From the NCBI RefSeq assembly GCF_009914755.1, contig NC_060925.1: a DNA stretch of 64,000 bases; one strand, 5' to 3'. Positions 54,985 through 64,000 of this stretch are shown piece by piece. How positions within the stretch are numbered: the stretch's first letter is position 1; every line of letters begins with the position of its first letter. Made by a program: the position numbers and the translations under genes. Origin of the DNA: the human T2T-CHM13v2.0 reference genome, Homo sapiens. A model generated the notes under the pieces. That model was not told the origin of the DNA and ran no database searches. It was given only the letters and a program-made list of their open reading frames with translations.

Positions 54985-57070
54985 CTTATTTATTCAACAA
55001 ATGTTTATTGAGCATCCGCTATATACCAAGCACTGTGAATACAGAGATTACAAGGACACAGAGTCAGCTCTCAAGTTACTCACAGTTTTATAAAAGAAAC
55101 AAAAGAGTAGATGGTTATATTTTGTGTCAAGTTCTTTGATGGAGGGCTCTTGATATAAAATATCAGATAGATACTTAACTGAAATCTTCCTGGAGAAAAT
55201 GTAAGTCTTGGAAGATAAGTAGCTATCATCCAGCTGAGTAGAAGAACAATGTGGGTGAGTGAAGTGGGGAAGAAAAATAAAGTTGTGATGATATTTCTGG
55301 GCAGAGAGATCAGCAAATGTGAAGGTATATGGGGGGGCATACTGTATATAAGGGATTCACAGTAATTCAGGGTGACTGGAGCAGGGAGGACATACTGGAG
55401 AGTGATAATTGATGAAATTAGAAAGGTAGACAGAAGCTGGACCGTGAAGGTCCTTGGATGTCATACTAAAAGGTTTAGGCTTTATTCTAAAAGGATAAAG
55501 GAGGAGTCATTGAAGTACTTTAGCTGTGAGAGTTATTAGCATATTTGTGACTCAGAGAACACTTCGTCTGCAGTATGAAAAATTCACAAGACTACTCTAG
55601 TAACATAGGCAAGAAATCATAAGATACAAAAATAATTCAGAGGTGAAGAAGGCAGCTAAAGTTGCATCAAGAATTTAATAGCTGTGAAGAGTGAGGGAGA
55701 AGTTTGAGATTAGTTGGTCCCCAGATTTCCAAACAGTAGCATTAAGGAGAGGTGGTTTGATTACCAAAGACAAGAAATACAGTTGGGATGACATTGCTGA
55801 GTGTGGGAAATGAGTTGTTCTGTCTTGGACATGTTGGGTTTGAGGTATCATGAATAGTTTCGAGACCATCCAAAAGGATATTTATGGCAAAGAGATTGGT
55901 ACACAAAAGATAAGTTGTCTGTGTGGGTCAGAAGACTCCATCAAGCTGGCTAATGCAATCATGGCTTGTTGGAGGGTTTAGAAGAATCTCATAGAACCCA
56001 GTGACAGGGAGTAGAGTTGGGCCTCCCATGTGTTGGAAAACAGTCTGTAGCTACTTTTGATCTTTCACTGGGGCAGTGTGATTGTTTTGCTTTGTGTTTC
56101 ATTCTTCTCCTTGCTTCTCTGCTAGGCTTAGTTACTACTTCACCAGAATATAAATTACATGGACTTAGGATTGTTATGATGCTGACTTTGGCTCAACTTG
56201 CTAAAACATCATAGCTCTTCGCCTAATTGTTTCTACTTCTAACTCCCCAAGTTTCAATCAAAATTCCAAGGAGAGAGAATCACCTGGCCCAGTTGAGTTA
56301 GGTGACCACCTGTGGACAGAGAATGGGCTGACATGGGTTTTAGGATTGTCCCTTCTAGATTATGGGTTGGCAGGTTCAAAGGTAAACAGGGCAGAAATGA
56401 TTGGCTGAGAAGGTGACTGGTACCTGAAATATGGTAAGACTAGCACTCAGGTTGTAGCTCTGGGCTGGAGATAAAAATCTGTGGAAGTAGTTAAAACTAG
56501 GATATTGGATGAGATTACCTAGGGAAAGTGTTGACTCAGAAAAAGTGAGGCTTGAGATCAGAATCTTGGGGAGCAGCAGTATTTAAAAAGTGATAAGAGA
56601 AAGAAAAGTCAGTGAAGGTGACTGAGAGAAAATGTCACAAAAGCCAAGAAGGAGGGAGGGATCAACAGTGTCAAATTCTACAGAGTTGGTGAGGTTGACA
56701 ATTGATGTATGAGAAAGAAACTAGTATTAAGGAAATGTTCAGTGTAGAAGTGGAGACCAAAGCCAGATTACAGAGGAATAACACTGTAGCCGAAAGTCAA
56801 ATAAATGAGGGGTCAGGAAGTAGAGACAACTTCTTATTAAGAAGTTTGGCTTTGAGTGGAAGGGGGCAAATAGAGCTAACAATGGTCAAGGAAACATATT
56901 CACCGATCATAGATTCTGAGGTGGGGACACACTGAGGATAAGGAAAAGGCAGATGTTATTTAATACAGTCAAGTTCTGGAGGAGGTTGAACAGGATGGAC
57001 TGGAGCTCCAGAGATTGGGAAAACTTTTCCACTGAAGTGAGAAGGAGAAATACTCGAATATTTTTGAAAG
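54985..57070 (-). mobile_element. L2 (3' end at ~54985), interrupted by an MLT1 LTR
   Basis: ttattcaacaaatgtttattgagc is the reverse complement of the L2 3' terminus. Typical L2 antisense text continues to ~57000. Confidence 0.8.
55915..56390. mobile_element. MLT1 (MaLR) solo LTR, J/K-like
   Basis: ggagagagaatcacctggcccagttgagttaggtgaccacctgtgg resembles the MLT1J/K motif, and the segment interrupts the L2. Confidence 0.55.
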
Positions 57071-58854
57071 AATAAATGAATAGACAAAGGGAATGATGGT
57101 TGACTCAGTCTGAAGAGCTTGGATTTTTATTTATCTTGGTGTCTCACTTTAAGGTAAGGGGATTGGATCTTGAGGCTTGCTGAGGCAGGACTAGGCTCAC
57201 CAATGTGAACAAAGTATAAGACAAATACAACGACAAGGGCTTTCTTCTGCTCTTCTTTAAGATTTTCTGATAATAATGCTCTCAGTTTCTTCACTTCTTA
57301 GGGAAGTCAGAATTTGAGATAAGTGGGGTGATGGGGGGGTGGAAATGTGACTATACAAAAAGAACTGCAGATGAGGAGGCAGAAAACCTTGTATTCTAGT
57401 CACTTTCTGACATTTACTGACCACATGACCTTAGGTAAATTGCATAACTGTGCATCCAGTTTCTTCTTTTATAAAAAGCATGTGATACTACCTTCTCTGC
57501 CTATTTCAGAGAATATATATACTTTATATATTTAAGTATATAGAGTTGCTTTGAACTATATATGCATAAAATATTGTAAATATTAGAAAGCACAGTACAG
57601 ATATAATGCCCCATTAATGTATATTCCAGACATTCTGAGAATGTGGGTTGCCTCTGAGGGGTGCCCTGTAGAGCTGTCTAATCTTGTCTAACTATACATA
57701 CATGTATGGCATGCCCCTGGAGTTCTGTTTGCTAGTTTTTTTCTTGGCTATTACACATGCTGAGAGCTTGGCCTGATAGTGCAGAGATTACTACTGGCGT
57801 GGAAAGTGCCTGCAGGGAGCAGCATATTAAAATCACAAATTCAATACTTTCTCGAGACTAGGACATACAAAGTTAAAATAGCCTTATAAATTGCCTCCAG
57901 GAATAAAGGCAAAAATTAACTCTACCTCAAAAATTTTCATCCACATTTATGAATGTCACTTTCCTCTCTCTTATTTCCATCTCTATTGCCACAAATTAAG
58001 ACAAAACACAAACATTTTCCTCTGCAGAATTCCTCAGCTTCTCTATAGAGGTAAATGAAAACTAGACTTAAGATATATTTATCATCGATTATTCAGGATT
58101 CCAGATTCCTATTAGGCCCTCTGACTAACTTACATCATGCTGTCTCTGATTACTTTTAGATTCAGGTTATATGGAAACAACTGTCTGTTTTCATGGCTGG
58201 CATAATGGGTATAAACTAGTAATACATGGCATCTACATTGTAAAATTTAATGAATAGTGCCTATGAATCCATTTGTGTTCTTCACCTTCATTTAGAAGCA
58301 TTTATTATGCCAAATCAAACCAGGCATGGGTGAGGGACTGTGCCACATTTATTCATTTCCTTGTCAATTGTGTGTTTTGAAATCAGATTTCTATTTGTTC
58401 CTTCTCTTGTGGCTCCATTTCCTAAAAAATTACTTCACTGACCTTACGTTTTAAGACAGTATTGTCCCTGGAATTTTAGCTCCTCATTTGGCTTTTCTAA
58501 TTCAATGATATAGTCTCCTCCTCTATGACTCAAGTTACCAGATATCGCCAAATGTAAAAAGGATTTTCTGAAACAAAATAACCAATTTGATTGTGATTAA
58601 TGAAACCTATAAACAGTAGATCTAAGGGAGAGAAAGTTACAAGATTTATAAGGGTTTTGGTACAAAGTACAGAAAAGTGAATGGACGATTGAGTGGGTCC
58701 TAACTCATAGGAGGTGTGCAGCAGTAATTGTGTACTAATTTGTCTCTGTTGAAATCCAGCAGAAAGGTGTGAATTCTTTTGGATAGAGGCATGGTTCAAA
58801 GACGATATAGGTAATCCCTTGGAAACAACCTGCATCTCTTAATTTACTCTGTGA

Positions 58855-59235
<381 letters not shown>

Positions 59236-59699
59236 TCACTAATGGAGTTCACCACCAAAATTCTATGACAAGAAAGCTTAAAAAGTCATTTCTCATATCA
59301 ATTGGAGGATTAGAAAAATATGTTTTGTTCTTGTCTCTAATAGCTAACACCACATGTGTAAAGCCATCTAAATCTACACTTAGTTTTTTTAGACAAAGTA
59401 AAATTCCAGATGGAAACAAGAGAGAGGGCCTCTGTTTTGGTGATGTATCATTTGTTGACATTCCAAAAGTAAAAACACGTTTGAGTAACTAGCTATTATT
59501 AGGAAAAAGAAAAAGAGTAAGGATCAATATTGCTAAGCACAAAATGAGAACAATTGGTATGTAAAATGTGAATGCTAGAAATTATCCTCTTATGATACAA
59601 AAACACTGGGCATACATGGAAAATAAATATTGAAAACAAAATGTTCTTAATATTTGACCATTCTGGATCTAAAGAGGATCCTAACCTACTAGCTTGGGA

Positions 59700-59700
<1 letters not shown>

Positions 59701-59735
<35 letters not shown>

Positions 59736-59802
59736 CTCCACACATATATACACACACACACGTGTATATATACATATGTATATATATATGTGCACGCATA
59801 TA
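59701..59802. repeat. (GT)n/(CA)n/(TA)n compound microsatellite
   Basis: Read directly; alternating purine-pyrimidine. Confidence 0.92.
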
Positions 59803-60299
59803 TCTGAGAGCAGGGTCACCTACATATTAACATTCATACCCCCCTGACAGTGCTGTGAACAGGGTCATGCACACAATGGATGTCCAATACTTATTTGTGA
59901 ATGAAATAATGTACATTTGCTGTGCCATAATTTACTCATATAACTAGCACAACGCATAAAGGCACAGACTATTGTGAATAAGTTTTTTCTTCCTTGAGAC
60001 TTTACTGGGCCTCCAACAGTGTAAGACAGGGAGCAATGGAAGAAACCTAGGGAATGTTGGCATTCAAAAGGCCTGCTAAGTGTAATACACAGAAGTCTTC
60101 ACTATAGTCATGTGGGAGAATACACAAGAGCCTGCAGAGCTGGTCTCAAAGGCAGCTGATGTTTGAGCTACTGACAACAGCCCAGCTTTTGATGTTTCCT
60201 CTTTTGCAAAAAGAAAACAAGGAAAGAAAGGAAGGGAGGAAGGAAGAAAGGAAAGAAGGGGAAGGAAGTCATTTGGAACTAATTAGTAATATGCGCAAC

Positions 60300-60815
60300 A
60301 GGATTTTTTTTGGTCTTTTATTGAATTCTGTATATAACATTAGCAAAGAAAACACTTTAAATCCAATGAGAAATTTAAAAAATCAATCAGATGAAAATAT
60401 CACATAATCAAAACTCACAGATATTTTCTGATATTTACTTAACAAAAGACCCAAAATTATTATGACAAGAACATCAGAGAACATGGTATAAAGCTTATTT
60501 CAACTTAATAATATGTAATAAATTAAAACAACTCAATGTCAAAGGATAAACAGAAAAAATAGAATGTTTGATTTTACATCGTATTCAGAATTCCATTATC
60601 ATCACTGCTTAAGAATGATTATTTCATTTCATAAAAATAATGCTTGCTTATTTGATGAAGAGAACTAAATTCAATGTTAGAAAATTTTAAATTCCAATAT
60701 AATAAGTTCTAGTTAAATATTCACAGTAACATTGCATTGCTAATCAGTAAAAGTACAGCATGTATCACAGACTGTTGACTTACAAGGGAAAGCAGTAACA
60801 GTGTCTCTCTGCTGT
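60300..60815 (-). ncRNA. Candidate terminal exon of a minus-strand transcript entering from beyond the window (probably KCNA3-derived)
   Basis: Strong acceptor catttttattcttttctcAG|ACA at 60815 and AATAAA at 60322-60317. AT-rich, with no ORF. Confidence 0.45.
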
Positions 60816-62149
60816 CTGAGAAAAGAATAAAAATGTACTATTGTGTCATGAATTGAAAGGAATGTCTTCCTTATTCAAACTAAGCAGTCATATTTTAACT
60901 GGGAAAATTCTTAAGTAAAATTTTAAATATATGGAGAAATTTTACTAAATATTTGAATGATGATAAATGTTAGTAATATTGTTATCTAACACTTGATAAT
61001 CAATTCTTTTTGAATAGTTACAGGAAAATGAGCTTTCTTAAAATAAAGGCAGTTTTTCTCCCCAGTCCCTCTTCTCTGTCCTCCACTAATCACAGAATAA
61101 ATGTGATGAAATACAGTATGCTGAAAAATGGTCACTAGGTTGGATTTTTTTTTCCTCTGAATCAGAATGGATGCAGTTTCTTGGATTGATTACTGCTTTA
61201 TTCAACTGTTCAGAAGTCAGTCCTTATGATGGATTTTTAAAAAGGGAGATTAGAAATGTCAGTCAAGAAGATCAACTTTTAGTCTAGCATTCTGACATCA
61301 AGTGAATTCAGTGTCTGTGGTCAGGGTGTGCAAACTTATATGTTTAGGTGGAAAATGTTTGAATATCACCCTGTGGAAGGGCTATAGTCTGGAGGTATCT
61401 GAAAAGGTCTGACAAGAACAGCAACAATGTCTTTGCACTAAAATCTGAAAATTCCCAATGTAACTTTTAAAATTAAATTTTTGTCAAAGTTTTAAAGATA
61501 ATGGCAGTGACAGGATAAAAATAACATGACAAAAAGTGAATAGTATAAAGAACATAGGAGGTTTAGAGCCATTTATTGGCCATATTATCTTGGACTAGTC
61601 ATTTGATCTTTCTAAACCTTGGTTGTTTAATCTCTAAACTTCAGATGACATTAGTACTTCATATAAAGATTTTCAATGCTAAATAAATTATGTGAATGAT
61701 CTTTGCAAGTATGATGTAAGCAAATCTTATAGTAAACTAACGCTAGACTCTATAAAAAAATTGAGGTGTTGTATTTGTTATTCTGACTTCTGCATAATCT
61801 GTATAAGATTTCAAAAATAGATTCTTATAACATGTAGCATGTCACTTAGAAATACTACATACACTGTTTGCTTTCCCTTGAATGTGTATATATATATATT
61901 TATATTTGTGTGTGTGTATGTGTGTAAGAGCTTTTAAACTGAAATTATACCATTCTGTGGGATAGTTTCAAAAATGGTCTATACAGTGCCCTTAAAAGTG
62001 AAAAAAGAGAATATTCTTATTTGGCTTATAGTCATACAATTTTATGGCATTTAAGAAAAACACTTTGACAGTTTAAAGTAAACTAAATACTTAACCCCAT
62101 CCCCACCCCCAAACCCAGCATTAAGAGATCACATATAGAAACAACTTAC

Positions 62150-62323
62150 CAGAAGAGATACTACTATGATTCGTTTATGATGGTCAGTTCACAAATTGTT
62201 GTAAGATACAGTATTAACACAATATGCTAGAATCACCATTTATCAAGTTTCATCAGATTTAAAAAAATGGACGAAATCACTTCTCACAAAGATCACAGTA
62301 ATACATAAGCGACTCAATTACAC
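62150..62323 (-). ncRNA. Candidate 174-nt internal exon of the same transcript
   Basis: Acceptor ctgaattttcactttAG|GTG at 62323 and donor CTG|GTAAGT at 62150. Confidence 0.45.
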
Positions 62324-63662
62324 CTAAAGTGAAAATTCAGATTCATAAAACCAAAATGATCAGATTAAATGTTTTAACTAATTGCTCCACTAGTCAAAAT
62401 ATACATTTCCTTTTATGACAGAGGCCTTTAAAAACTGCCCCCTTTTCTGAATGGAAGGGATATAAGACTAAACTTCTGGACAAATAATCTCAGTATGACA
62501 AAATATTTCTGTATTATTCAATTTCCCAAGCATCCAAATTTTAGTATCATTCTAATATCTTTCCATCATAAAACCAAGAACCAGAATATACTGCTGTTTT
62601 TCAATAGGTATAGTCGCCTCTTATCTGTGATGTGCAAAAGCTATAACCCTTCTTTACCTAACTATCCACTATTGCCAAACAGACATGTTTGGGTTATCCC
62701 TGAATTTTGTTTCTCACTCCTGAGCAAAATGAACTACAATATGGCTGTATTAGGCCTCCTTTGTATTCAAAAACATTCACAAAATTTTGTGAATATTATT
62801 TTAAATTATAGTAATTGCTTCTGGGACCAAAAGGACATTAACTTTTTAATGTGACAAAAATGCACCATTACAATCTGCTACAGTTCATCGATAAGCATGA
62901 TATACTTGCTTCTGATTTGTTACATGTTTATTAAACTACAAAAATTTAAAGAGAAGATTAACTGGAACAGACATTCTGTTTAGGTAATTCACTCAGCATT
63001 CAAAGATGAAATGATAAATCATAATAATTTAAAGCCAAGGTCAAAATAAAAGGTAAGATTACTTTTTTTTTTACTTTTTTATGTCTTGCTGAGATCAATT
63101 ATTAGTATTAGAAACAAGAACATTTGGACTTGCAATCTGTTCACTCAAGTAGAAATATGTGGCATCTTAGTGACTAGAGGGGAGCAACATGTACATATAC
63201 ACATATAACAATGTGAAAACATTATAGAATTCTCAGAGATGAGACATACAGATTACTAAATTTAAAAAGTCTTCACTTTACAGATAAACTCGGGCTCAGA
63301 GAAGTTAAAGGAACTTTCCTAGGGCATATGAGAGTTTTTGGCAGAGCCAGCACCACAGCACAGACACCTGCTTAAGCTCTACCAATCTGCTTCTTGTGTA
63401 AAAGGAGTCAAGAGATCATAAGGCAAACACTTCTATCACTCCAACCTTTTCCCACCTTCCCCTGCTCCCAGGCTTAAAATGTTGAGTGTGCAATAAGGCT
63501 CTGGTACAGTTTTAGCATTTCATAGACAATTTTCAAGTTACCTTAACATTTAACTAAACAAATGCTCTCCCCTCCTTTCTAGCTATTTCATTAATCTGTT
63601 TTCATTCTGCAGACTGATTTTTCTACTTTTTTGATCCCATTATAGATCAGTGAAAATTCTAA

Positions 63663-64000
<338 letters not shown>

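Overview
Primate (almost certainly human) genomic DNA from the Shaker Kv1 cluster on 1p13.3. The only supportable protein-coding gene is KCNA2 (Kv1.2) on the minus strand. It has a CpG-island promoter (~13.3-14.6 kb), two non-coding 5' exons, an intronless 499-aa CDS (11725-10226) and an Alu/L1-free ~9.7-kb 3'UTR ending near 510. A second splice path can be rebuilt from the sequence: a donor inside the S4 codons (10832), a 141-nt exon hidden in the 3'UTR (9113-8973) and a terminal exon (863-828), giving a 356-aa pore-less protein. The 3'UTR holds a tight cluster of four Pumilio elements, several miR-137 and miR-92 seed sites and a tandem internal poly(A) signal. Positions 15.6-60 kb are intergenic or intronic and rich in repeats (Alu, old L1, L2, MIR, Tigger3, MER5, MLT1), with same-orientation CTCF motifs. 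This stretch also has clear scars of templated DNA synthesis, most notably a ~157-bp inverted copy of an Alu plus its unique flank pasted into an L1 5.4 kb away. The AT-rich last ~4 kb has minus-strand splice and poly(A) signals consistent with the 3' end of a transcript from the neighbouring KCNA3 side. I cannot support a wholly new biological system. The best leads are post-transcriptional control of KCNA2 and the templated-insertion scars. Repeat subfamily names and boundaries were assigned by eye and are approximate.
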